A DNA stretch of 64,000 nt from Patescibacteria group bacterium (GTDB lineage: Bacteria > Patescibacteriota > JABMPQ01 > JBFLZX01): NCBI GenBank assembly GCA_040756075.1, contig JBFLZX010000001.1:28787-92786 (forward strand). Direction: 5' to 3'. The position numbers and the translations under genes are program-made. Under the pieces are notes generated by a model. It worked only from the letters and a program-made list of their open reading frames with translations, did not search any database and was not told the DNA's origin. Of the stretch, positions 19,321-28,060 are shown in pieces. Every line of letters starts with the position of its first letter. Within the stretch, counting starts at the first letter, position 1.

Positions 19321-20421
19321 ATGATGAATAAGAAAAATAGAATTCAAATTAATTTTGATCATTTATTATACTTAAGGGGTATTAATGAGGGTTCGTTAAA
19401 TCCTTTAAAAGGGTTTTGTAATAGGTTGGATTACGAATCTATTCTTAAGACGATGCGTTTTAAAAATGGTTATCCTTGGCCTATCCCAATAACTTTAGAA
19501 ATAGACGAGGAACAAGCAAAATCTATCAAGAAATTTAATGAAGCAGAATTAATTCAGGAAGATGGGATTAATTGCGCTATTTTAATGATAACAGATATAT
19601 TTAAGATTGATTTACAAAGATATATCAAAGAAATATTTAAAACAGATTCATTGAATCATCCAGGAGTAAAGAAAGAGATAAAAAAACCCCTATGGAGAAT
19701 AGCAGGAGACATTAGATTTAAACGCTCATTTAAACCCATAAGCAGTAAATATTATCAGAAGCCCGATGAGGTCATAAAAGAAATAAAGAAGAGGGGATGG
19801 AATACTGTTGCAGGATTTCAAACAAGGAATCCAATTCATCGAGCACATGAGCATCTTCAGCGTATCGCAATGGAGGTATGTGATGGTTTGCTAATTCAAC
19901 CGCTTATAGGGGCTAGAAAAAATGATGATTTTTCTTTTCCGGCTATCTTGGAATCATATAATATCATGATAAACCATTTTTATCCTAGAGATAAAGTGAT
20001 TTTTACCTCCTTAGAGCTGCCTATGCATTACGCAGGTCCACGGGAAGCCATTTTACATGCTTTAATCAGAAAAAATTATGGCTGTACGCATTTTATAGTA
20101 GGAAGGGATCATGCTGGGGTTGGTAATTTTTATGGTAGATACGAAGCGCAAGAAATTGCAAATAGCTTTAAAGACTTAGGTATAGAAATACTTAGATTAA
20201 AAAGCCCTTTTTTCTGTAAAAAATGTGCCAAGGTAGTATCTGAAAATACATGCACACATTATTATTCAGATAAAGATTCTGTTTGCGAAATAAACGGTTC
20301 AAATATACGAAATATGATAAATAATAATAAAATCCCACCTAAATTTATAATGAGGAAAGAAATAAGTAAAATGCTTTTTGAGTATAAGCAAAAAAAAATG
20401 TTATTAAATGAATGGAGATGA
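19321..20421 (+). CDS. sat: Sulfate adenylyltransferase (ATP sulfurylase)
   Basis: Canonical QTRNPIHRAHE motif and GRDHAGVG motif. Confidence 0.8.
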   Translation: MMNKKNRIQINFDHLLYLRGINEGSLNPLKGFCNRLDYESILKTMRFKNGYPWPIPITLEIDEEQAKSIKKFNEAELIQEDGINCAILMITDIFKIDLQRYIKEIFKTDSLNHPGVKKEIKKPLWRIAGDIRFKRSFKPISSKYYQKPDEVIKEIKKRGWNTVAGFQTRNPIHRAHEHLQRIAMEVCDGLLIQPLIGARKNDDFSFPAILESYNIMINHFYPRDKVIFTSLELPMHYAGPREAILHALIRKNYGCTHFIVGRDHAGVGNFYGRYEAQEIANSFKDLGIEILRLKSPFFCKKCAKVVSENTCTHYYSDKDSVCEINGSNIRNMINNNKIPPKFIMRKEISKMLFEYKQKKMLLNEWR

Positions 20422-20422
20422 T

Positions 20423-21385
20423 ATGTTTAAGATTATTGTAACCTTAGGCCCCTCAATATTGAAAGGGGATACATTAAAAATGCTTCCAAGAGAGCATCCT
20501 TATATATTTAGACTTAATGGTTCGCATATATCATATAATTATGCCAGAGATTTGGTTAAAAAAATACGTAAAGCAGTAAAAGAAGCGGTTATTTTACTTG
20601 ATTTGCCGGGTAATAAGGTAAGAACAACCAACTTGGAGAGGCCTATTAATCTTATGGTTGGTAAAAAATTTTGCTTAACCGACGATATGATAAATCATAA
20701 GATATTTTTTGATAGGGTTAAAGTTGGAGATGTTATTAGGGCCCATGATAGTTTATTAAAATTTGAGGTTATTAATAAGAAGAAGAAGTCCGTAAGTTTT
20801 ATATCCCATTCAAACGGGATTCTTAATAAAAATAAAGGTCTTCATCTTTGCGGATTAACCGATGGTATAGATTTTTTAACAGAACAAGATAAGGTTCTTT
20901 TAGAGATAGCAAAGAATCTTAGGATAGATTGTGTTGGAGTTTCGTATGTTAGGGATAAGCAAGATATTCTTCTTATTAGGGATTATATGCGTAAGAAAGA
21001 TTTTATTCCTGATATTTTTGTTAAGATCGAGACAAAAAGAGCTATAGAAAATCTTAATTCTATTTTTAGCGAAGCGAATAATTTTATTCTTGATAGAGGG
21101 GATCTTTCAAGTGAAGTAGGTATTGAGAATATTTCATTGTTTCAACGTAAGATAATCGTTGAGGCGAAGAAAAAGAATCGTAATCTTTTTCTGGCAACAC
21201 AGTTTTTAAAAAGCATGATTCATAATCCATTGCCATTTATAGCAGAAGTAAATGATTTGCATAATGTGCTTGCAGATGGAATATCTGGATTGCAGCTTTC
21301 TGATGAGACTGCGATAGGAAAATATCCCCTAGAAGCGATTAATACAATAATAGCCATAAGAAAGAATATAGAAAAGTTACTATAA
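20423..21385 (+). CDS. Pyruvate-kinase-family protein comprising the catalytic barrel only, with no C-terminal regulatory domain
   Basis: PK signatures IIVTLGPS, FRLNGSH, ILLDLPGNKVRT, KIETK, DRGDLS and ATQFLKSM. I prefer the start at 20423 (GGAGA RBS, directly after the sat stop) over 20408. Confidence 0.6.
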   Translation: MFKIIVTLGPSILKGDTLKMLPREHPYIFRLNGSHISYNYARDLVKKIRKAVKEAVILLDLPGNKVRTTNLERPINLMVGKKFCLTDDMINHKIFFDRVKVGDVIRAHDSLLKFEVINKKKKSVSFISHSNGILNKNKGLHLCGLTDGIDFLTEQDKVLLEIAKNLRIDCVGVSYVRDKQDILLIRDYMRKKDFIPDIFVKIETKRAIENLNSIFSEANNFILDRGDLSSEVGIENISLFQRKIIVEAKKKNRNLFLATQFLKSMIHNPLPFIAEVNDLHNVLADGISGLQLSDETAIGKYPLEAINTIIAIRKNIEKLL

Positions 21386-21401
21386 AAAATAAGGAGTAAA
21401 T

Positions 21402-21632
21402 ATGGAAATCAAAGAAGGCGGAGTTTATACTTTACAAGAAGTCCAAAAGTTATTAAAGGTAAGCCCAAGTACATCGTTAAGGCTTGTTAAAAATGGTTTT
21501 ATTCATGCGGCCAAGGTAGGAAAGCAATATCGTATTCTCGGAAAAGAACTTTTACGTCTTTTATCTCCACAGCTTGAAGATAAAGTTGGTAAACTTTACA
21601 ATAAAGGCAGGGCTTGGTTGTACGAGGATTAA
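21402..21632 (+). CDS. Small excisionase/MerR-superfamily helix-turn-helix DNA-binding protein
   Basis: YTLQEVQKLLKVSPSTSLRLVKNGFIHAAKVGKQYRI fits the Xis-type HTH_17 pattern. An AAGGAG RBS lies upstream. Confidence 0.55.
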   Translation: MEIKEGGVYTLQEVQKLLKVSPSTSLRLVKNGFIHAAKVGKQYRILGKELLRLLSPQLEDKVGKLYNKGRAWLYED

Positions 21633-21648
21633 AAAAAAGGAGATATTG

Positions 21649-23055
21649 ATGAAGAGCAGAATAAAATCTTTAATTATAAGTAAAAATTCTTGCATCAAAG
21701 ATGCTATAAAGGGCATAATGAAAAATGGTTATGGAGTTGTTTTTATAGTAGACGAAAACGGTCGATTTATTAGTGTTATAAACGATGGCGATATCAGAAG
21801 GGGTATTCTTAAAGGGAAGCAGTTGGCGGATAATGTTATGACGATATCTTCAGATACGCCTTTTTATGTGTTAGATAATATGTCGAAAGAAGAGATAGCG
21901 GGGTTCATCAATAAGAAAAATAATTTAAAAAATAAAATTCAATATGGGGGTACCCTTAAGGTACCAGTTTTAGATAAGAATAAGTTAATTACCAATGTTT
22001 TGTTTATTTCCATAAATGACAGCGGAGTTTGCATTATTGATCATGACTGTAGAAGCCCTAATAAAATGCGAGAAATTAAAAAAAATAAAAATATATTAGT
22101 TACCGGCGGAGCAGGCTATCTTGGTTCAATTCTATGCAAGAAACTACTAGATAATGATTATAAGGTCAAGGTATTAGATAATCTGATGTATGGTGATCAT
22201 GGGATAAGGCAATTTCTTAATAATCCTAATTTTAAGCTCATCAAGGGAGATATTAGAAATATTCAAATCGTTGTAGAATCTATAAAAGACGTTGATGCAG
22301 TTATTCATCTTGCTGCAATAGTAGGGGATCCTGCTACTACCAAATTTCCCCAAGAGTCTATCGATGTAAATTATTTAGCAACTAAAGCAATTGTTGAAGT
22401 TTGTAAATATTACCAGGTCAATAGATTTATATTTGCTTCTACTTGTAGTGTTTATGGTTATCAATCCGAAGAGGATAGCGGATTAACAATTAATTCTAAG
22501 CTGAACCCGCTTTCTTTATATGCAAAGATGAAGCTTGAGTCAGAGAAAGCCATTCTTTCATTAGCTGATGATTATTTTTCACCCTTAGTTTTAAGAATGG
22601 CAACTCTATACGGTTTATCTCCTAGGATGAGATTTGATTTAGCGGTTAATTTCCTTTCTGCCGAAGCCGTAATTAAAAAGGAAATAGTAATTTTTGGCGG
22701 CAGTCAATGGAGGCCATTCCTGCATGTAGAGGATGCCGCAAATGCTTATGTTAAATGCCTCGAATTACCTTTTAGGAAAGTACGGAAAAAAATATTAAAT
22801 TTAGGCCAAAATAATCAAAATTATCAGATGCTTCGCGTAGGAAGAATGATAAAGAAGCTAATCCCGGGAACGAAATTAGGGATATCTAAAAAAGAAGTTG
22901 ATTCGAGAAATTATAAAGTATTATTTGATGATACCGTAAAGAACATAGATTTTCATGCCGATTATAAAGTATCAGACGGAATTGCAGAAATTAGAGATCG
23001 CATCTTAGAGGGAGATTTTATTGATTATAGAGATAAAAAATATAGGAATGTTTGA
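21649..23055 (+). CDS. CBS-domain pair fused to an NAD-dependent sugar-nucleotide epimerase/dehydratase (paralogue of the N-domain of 9889..12069)
   Basis: N-terminus: CBS-like (GVVFIVDENGRFISVINDGDIRRGI). C-terminus: ILVTGGAGYLGS and YAKMK. It shares the ATLYG.S.RMRFDLA.N and QWRPFLHVEDAA blocks with the 9889 ORF. The start is taken at the ATG 21649, which follows an AAGGAG RBS. Confidence 0.65.
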   Translation: MKSRIKSLIISKNSCIKDAIKGIMKNGYGVVFIVDENGRFISVINDGDIRRGILKGKQLADNVMTISSDTPFYVLDNMSKEEIAGFINKKNNLKNKIQYGGTLKVPVLDKNKLITNVLFISINDSGVCIIDHDCRSPNKMREIKKNKNILVTGGAGYLGSILCKKLLDNDYKVKVLDNLMYGDHGIRQFLNNPNFKLIKGDIRNIQIVVESIKDVDAVIHLAAIVGDPATTKFPQESIDVNYLATKAIVEVCKYYQVNRFIFASTCSVYGYQSEEDSGLTINSKLNPLSLYAKMKLESEKAILSLADDYFSPLVLRMATLYGLSPRMRFDLAVNFLSAEAVIKKEIVIFGGSQWRPFLHVEDAANAYVKCLELPFRKVRKKILNLGQNNQNYQMLRVGRMIKKLIPGTKLGISKKEVDSRNYKVLFDDTVKNIDFHADYKVSDGIAEIRDRILEGDFIDYRDKKYRNV

Positions 23056-23081
23056 ATTATAAGACATAGAAAGGAGTGATT

Positions 23082-23531
23082 ATGCCTAAGATAACTAAGC
23101 CACAATTATTGAATATAGAATTTCATTGTGATGATAGGGGCTATCTAGTTCCTTTAACAAATAATTTGGATAGAACATTGCAAAAAAAGATAAAAAGAAC
23201 TTATGTAGTAGGAAACTTTAGTAAAGGAGTAATCAGGGGATTACATTTCCATAAAAAAGAAATTAAAATATTTTATATTGCCCGAGGTGCCGCAAAATTC
23301 GTAGCTATCAATCCTAAATTACCTAAAAAGGATTTTTATGCACATGTTCTTTCAGACAAAAAATCTGCTTTATTTATAATTCCTCCCGGATATGCTAACG
23401 GCTGGGTTTCTTTATCTGATAACACAATATTAATTTCTTTATCTACATCTACATTTCAGGAAAGTGTAAAAGATGACATAAGATTTTCTCCTTACGAATG
23501 GGGAGATATTTGGAATATAAGAGCCAGGTAA
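23082..23531 (+). CDS. Cupin-fold sugar-nucleotide 3,4-ketoisomerase or 3,5-epimerase (FdtA/WxcM-like or RmlC-like)
   Basis: A roughly 150 aa cupin. The N-terminal segment HCDDRGYLVPL resembles the RmlC/FdtA block, and IRGLHFH is a cupin His motif. It lies between an SDR and a DegT aminotransferase. Confidence 0.5.
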   Translation: MPKITKPQLLNIEFHCDDRGYLVPLTNNLDRTLQKKIKRTYVVGNFSKGVIRGLHFHKKEIKIFYIARGAAKFVAINPKLPKKDFYAHVLSDKKSALFIIPPGYANGWVSLSDNTILISLSTSTFQESVKDDIRFSPYEWGDIWNIRAR

Positions 23532-23534
23532 TAT

Positions 23535-24719
23535 ATGATAAATAAGAGAATAATTCCTTATGGAAAACAGTGGTTATTTAAAGAAGACATTAATTCAGTT
23601 GCTAATGTTTTAAGGTCCGATTGGATTACTCAGGGGCCTAAAATTAAAGCCTTTGAAGATGCAATTTGTAACTATTGTGGTTGTAAATATGCAGTAGTGG
23701 TTTCTTCCGGAACAGCCGCATTGCATATTGCCTGTTTGGCAGCAGGGCTTAAAAAAGGAGATCAGGCTATCACAACTCCGTTAACTTTTTTGGCTACAGC
23801 AAATTCTGTATTATACAGCGGGGCAGAAGTAATTTTTGCAGATATAGATTATGCTACCGGTAATATTGATACGAGACAGATTGAGAAAAAAATAACAAGA
23901 AAAACTAAAGTATTGTTGCCGGTAGATTTTGCAGGACTGCCTTGTGACTTATCAGAAATAAAAAAAATTGCAAAACGATATAAACTTTTGGTGATAGAAG
24001 ATTCTTGTCATGCTTTAGGCGCAACCTATAAAAATTCAAAGATAGGCGATTGTAATTATTCCGATATGACAATATTTAGTTTTCATCCTGTAAAACATAT
24101 TACAACAGGAGAAGGCGGGGCCATCACAACAAATTCTAAGAAGTTATATAATAGGCTTATTGCGCTAAGGAACCATGGGATGTGTAAGAAAGCGCAAACA
24201 TTAAAGAAAGAGGGTTCTTGGTATTACGAGATGAACTATCTTGGTTTTAATTATAGAATTACCGATTTACAATCTGTTTTAGGATTAAGTCAAATTAATA
24301 AATTACCTTTATTCATAAAGCGTAGAAATTTGATTGCCAATAGATATGACCAAGCATTCTTTTGTTTTAGAGATCTTCTAACTTTACCATCGATAAATTA
24401 TGGAGATAGAACACATGCTTGGCATTTGTATACGCTTAGATTAAACATGGCTAAAAAATATATTTCGCGTAGACAATTATTTGAATTGTTGCATAAAGAA
24501 GGAGTAAGAGTGCAAGTTCATTATATACCTATAACGCGGCAACCTTATTACCGAGAAAAAGGTTTTAAGAGCTCACTCTTTCCAAATGCTGAAAAATATT
24601 ATGAGAATGTTATTTCATTGCCAATCTATCCTAAAATGGACAATTCGGATATTGATTATGTTATAGGCGTTGTAAGCAAGATAATAGATAAATATTGTAG
24701 ACAAGGAGGCAGTAAGTGA
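23535..24719 (+). CDS. DegT/DnrJ/EryC1-family PLP-dependent sugar aminotransferase
   Basis: WITQGPKIKAFE, SSGTAALHIA and SFHPVKHITTGEGG are typical of this family. Confidence 0.75.
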   Translation: MINKRIIPYGKQWLFKEDINSVANVLRSDWITQGPKIKAFEDAICNYCGCKYAVVVSSGTAALHIACLAAGLKKGDQAITTPLTFLATANSVLYSGAEVIFADIDYATGNIDTRQIEKKITRKTKVLLPVDFAGLPCDLSEIKKIAKRYKLLVIEDSCHALGATYKNSKIGDCNYSDMTIFSFHPVKHITTGEGGAITTNSKKLYNRLIALRNHGMCKKAQTLKKEGSWYYEMNYLGFNYRITDLQSVLGLSQINKLPLFIKRRNLIANRYDQAFFCFRDLLTLPSINYGDRTHAWHLYTLRLNMAKKYISRRQLFELLHKEGVRVQVHYIPITRQPYYREKGFKSSLFPNAEKYYENVISLPIYPKMDNSDIDYVIGVVSKIIDKYCRQGGSK

Positions 24720-26185
24720 GGGTACTTTTAGCCTATCTTAGTGATACTGGCATAGGAGAAATACCCATAGGTTTATCTATAATTCAGGCTTGCTTGAGAC
24801 AGGCAGGGCATAGTACGTGCATCTTTGATACCACCTTTTTTAAACAAACTGATATAAGGAGTATTAATGAGAACTTGGGTGTGCATAAACCTGTTAACTT
24901 AGAAGATTATGGGGTAAGCCTTACTTATAGCGACATCGATGATGAGTTTTTATCTGTAGTAAAAAATTTTAATCCGGATCTTATAGGCTTTTTTACTACT
25001 AGTTACAATTTTTTTCAAGTATTAAATATGATTAAGTTGATTCGTCGGAATAATATAAATACTCAAGTAATACTAGGGGGTCCTCATACGACAGTTGCAC
25101 CCGAAGAGAGTATTAATTATCCGGAAATTGATATGCTTTGCGTGGGAGAAGGAGAAGAGGCAATTATCGAATTATGCAAGAAGATGCAAGTATCAAATAG
25201 GATCGATAATATAGAAAATATTTGGATTAAGCATGACGGCAGGGTCTACAGAAATCAACCAAGGCCTTTTATATGCATGGATAAGGTTCCCTGTCCTGAT
25301 GCAGATAGTTTTTCCGATATGCATTTTTTTAAACCTTTTTCAGGTAAAGTATATCGTATGGGGCATATAGAAATAAGCAGAGGTTGTCCTTTTAGTTGCA
25401 CATATTGCATTAATGCATATATGCGTAACTTGTATAAGGCTAAAAATGAAGGTAATTATCATCGTGAAAAGAGCATAGATAAAGCTATATCGGACATAAA
25501 AATATTGGTTAAGAGGCACAATCTTGAAATGTTGCGTTTCTGGGATGAAACTTTTTTATTTATGAAGGAGTCTAGATTGAATGAATTTAGTAAGAGATAT
25601 AAAAAAGATATTAATCTCCCTTTTATAATTTCAACACACCCGGCTACTATTAATGAGAAAAGAATAGGGATTATGAAGGATATGGGTTGTGTTGCTATTA
25701 GCGTTGGAATAGAGAGCGGAAACGACCGTATCCGTAGGGCGCTTTTAGGTCGTAAAATTAGCAACGAACAAATAATTAGAGCTTTTGATATTATTAAGTC
25801 ATCTGGAATAAGGGTTACTTCGTATAACATGATTGGCTTACCGTTTGAAACACGTAAAAATATCTTTGAGACCATAGACTTAAATCGAAGAGTTAAGGTG
25901 GATACAGCTGGCCCAAGTTTTTTTTATCCTTATCCGGGGACTAAATTAAGAGAAGTTTGTTTAGAGAGTAATTTTATAGATTCAGAGCTTAAACCAGCAG
26001 AGAATAATGTTGACACCATACTCAATATGCCACAAATTAAGCATAAGGAATTAAAAGGACTGCATAAGACTTTTACTCTTTATATAAAATCACCTAAATG
26101 GTTATTTCCTCTGATTAAGCTTTGCGAGTTAGATAACTATATATCTAATAGAATATTCAAGTTTTTAATCAGAAGATATTGCTAA
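24716..26185 (+). CDS. B12-binding radical SAM protein
   Basis: N-terminal B12-binding-like domain. Radical SAM motif SRGCPFSCTYCIN. Confidence 0.75.
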   Translation: MRVLLAYLSDTGIGEIPIGLSIIQACLRQAGHSTCIFDTTFFKQTDIRSINENLGVHKPVNLEDYGVSLTYSDIDDEFLSVVKNFNPDLIGFFTTSYNFFQVLNMIKLIRRNNINTQVILGGPHTTVAPEESINYPEIDMLCVGEGEEAIIELCKKMQVSNRIDNIENIWIKHDGRVYRNQPRPFICMDKVPCPDADSFSDMHFFKPFSGKVYRMGHIEISRGCPFSCTYCINAYMRNLYKAKNEGNYHREKSIDKAISDIKILVKRHNLEMLRFWDETFLFMKESRLNEFSKRYKKDINLPFIISTHPATINEKRIGIMKDMGCVAISVGIESGNDRIRRALLGRKISNEQIIRAFDIIKSSGIRVTSYNMIGLPFETRKNIFETIDLNRRVKVDTAGPSFFYPYPGTKLREVCLESNFIDSELKPAENNVDTILNMPQIKHKELKGLHKTFTLYIKSPKWLFPLIKLCELDNYISNRIFKFLIRRYC

Positions 26186-26201
26186 GAAGGGCGGGCATAA
26201 G

Positions 26202-27269
26202 ATGTTTAAATTTAACAAAACAGTAGAAATTGATGGCGTGAAAATTGGTAGCGGACAACCTTGTTACATAGTAGCTGATGTTAGCGCTAATCACAATTCA
26301 GATTTTAAAACTGCAAAAAGATTTATAAGGTTAGCCAAAGACATAGGTCTAAATGCAATTAAATTTCAAACATACACAGTTGAAAAGTATCTTTCAAAAA
26401 AAATTAAGCGGGAAGACGGATATCATTTTAATAAATCTTTTCAAAAAGCAAAGAAATATGAATTACCTTATGAATGGCATCAAGAATTATTTGATTATGC
26501 TAAGGATTTAGGGGTTACAATTTTTTCTACTATTGATGATATCGATACCATTGATTTTTTAAATAAATTAAATACGCCAGCCTTTAAGGTGTCTTCTCCC
26601 GATTTAAATTTTTTACCAATGATAGAAGAGGCTGCCAAGACTCTTAAGCCACTTATTTTATCAACAGGCATAGGAGATATATCTAGAATTAAAGAGGCAA
26701 TTGAATCGGTAGCTTCCTACGGGAATGATCAGTTGATACTATTGCATTGTGTTTCTATGTACCCCTCGCATTTTTCGGAAATGAATATTCGCTGCATAAC
26801 TAACTTACAGGATACTTTTGGTCTACCTGTAGGGTTATCTGACCATACAGCGGCCAGCCAAGATCCTTATTCTGTAGCTTTGGGAGCTGTGGCTTTGGGT
26901 GCAAATATGATAGAAAAACATATTACATTTAGCAGATCCCAAGATGGCCCGGATCACATATTTTCTATGGAACCCGATGAATTTTCCAAATTAGTTACTT
27001 ATATAAGGAATCTTGAAGAATCGTTGGGTAATGGAAGGAAGTGTCCTGTCTCCAGAGAAATTAAAGTGAGCATAGAGATAACAAAGAGTATCCATACAAC
27101 AAGAGATATAAGAGCTGGAGAAATAATCAAGGAGTCAGATCTGAGAATATTAAGACCAGGTTACGGAATTGAACCTAAATATCTAGGAGATGTTATAGGT
27201 ATGAAAGCAAAAGTTGATATAAAAGATTCAGAGGCGCTAGAGTGGAATTTATTAGAGAAAAATAAATAA
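26202..27269 (+). CDS. Nonulosonic acid synthase (NeuB/PseI/LegI/SpsE family), PEP-dependent
   Basis: The NeuB-family N-terminal barrel (GSGQPCYIVADVSANHN...AIKFQTY) is followed by a C-terminal SAF/antifreeze-like domain. Confidence 0.75.
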   Translation: MFKFNKTVEIDGVKIGSGQPCYIVADVSANHNSDFKTAKRFIRLAKDIGLNAIKFQTYTVEKYLSKKIKREDGYHFNKSFQKAKKYELPYEWHQELFDYAKDLGVTIFSTIDDIDTIDFLNKLNTPAFKVSSPDLNFLPMIEEAAKTLKPLILSTGIGDISRIKEAIESVASYGNDQLILLHCVSMYPSHFSEMNIRCITNLQDTFGLPVGLSDHTAASQDPYSVALGAVALGANMIEKHITFSRSQDGPDHIFSMEPDEFSKLVTYIRNLEESLGNGRKCPVSREIKVSIEITKSIHTTRDIRAGEIIKESDLRILRPGYGIEPKYLGDVIGMKAKVDIKDSEALEWNLLEKNK

Positions 27270-28060
27270 TGAATATTAAAGTAAATAGAATAGGCTGTAT
27301 TATTCAAGCACGAATGAATTCACATAGGCTTTTTGGTAAGGTATTGGTAAAAATTTGCGGGAAATCTATATTAGAGCACATTATTGAACGAATAAAAGAA
27401 TCGAAATATATTCAAGAAATTATTATTGCAACTTCTTCTTCTGGTATAAATGACCCAATAAGAGACCTCGGCAATAAAATTAATATACCTGTTTTTAGCG
27501 GCAGCGAGGACGATGTATTAAGTAGATATATAGAGGTTAGTAAAACATATAATTTTAGAATTATAGTTCGGGTTACAGCGGATGATCCGCTTATTGACAT
27601 ACAAGAAGCGGATAAGATGATAAAAATACTTGAAGAAAAAAAGCTAGACTATGTAACAAATTCAGATATCAGCTTGGATGATTATAATACAGAACTTCCA
27701 GCCGGGTTCCAGGTGGAAGTTTTATCCAGCGATGCTCTATTAAGCTTGGAAGATAAAGATCTGACACAATTGCACAGAGAACATGTAACTCTTTATATCG
27801 AGCAATACGCAGAGAAATATAATATTAGATTTATTAAACCGCGAGAGAACATACGTTACAAGGGATTACGTTTAACAGTAGATACGCCAGAAGATCTAGG
27901 ATTAATGAATAAGATATACCTTGAGTTATATAAAGGTAGGCCTATTCTTAATGAAAAAGTTGTAGAGTTAATTAAAAAGAATCCTAGCTTATCTTTATTA
28001 AACAGTTCTATAAAAACAAATTACAGTTATTTAGACGGAATAAGGGTTAAAAAATTATGA
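27269..28060 (+). CDS. Cytidylyltransferase, SpsF/PseF-like (CMP-nonulosonic acid synthetase family)
   Basis: GCIIQARMNSHRLFGKVL in a GT-A-like nucleotidyltransferase fold. It is the classic SpsE-SpsF neighbour of the NeuB-like gene. Confidence 0.6.
   Translation: MNIKVNRIGCIIQARMNSHRLFGKVLVKICGKSILEHIIERIKESKYIQEIIIATSSSGINDPIRDLGNKINIPVFSGSEDDVLSRYIEVSKTYNFRIIVRVTADDPLIDIQEADKMIKILEEKKLDYVTNSDISLDDYNTELPAGFQVEVLSSDALLSLEDKDLTQLHREHVTLYIEQYAEKYNIRFIKPRENIRYKGLRLTVDTPEDLGLMNKIYLELYKGRPILNEKVVELIKKNPSLSLLNSSIKTNYSYLDGIRVKKL

Noticed and set aside
21574-21648. Track start at 21574 for the CBS-SDR gene
   Set aside because: That start would overlap the HTH gene by 59 nt. The ATG at 21649 is preceded by AAAAAAGGAG and is the more plausible initiation site.
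23082-23531. Specific assignment as RmlC (dTDP-4-dehydrorhamnose 3,5-epimerase)
   Set aside because: A cupin fold with an HCDDRGYL-type N-terminal block is shared by the RmlC and FdtA/WxcM families. Without an RmlA/B/D set, and with an adjacent aminotransferase, a ketoisomerase role is at least as likely. The family was left ambiguous.
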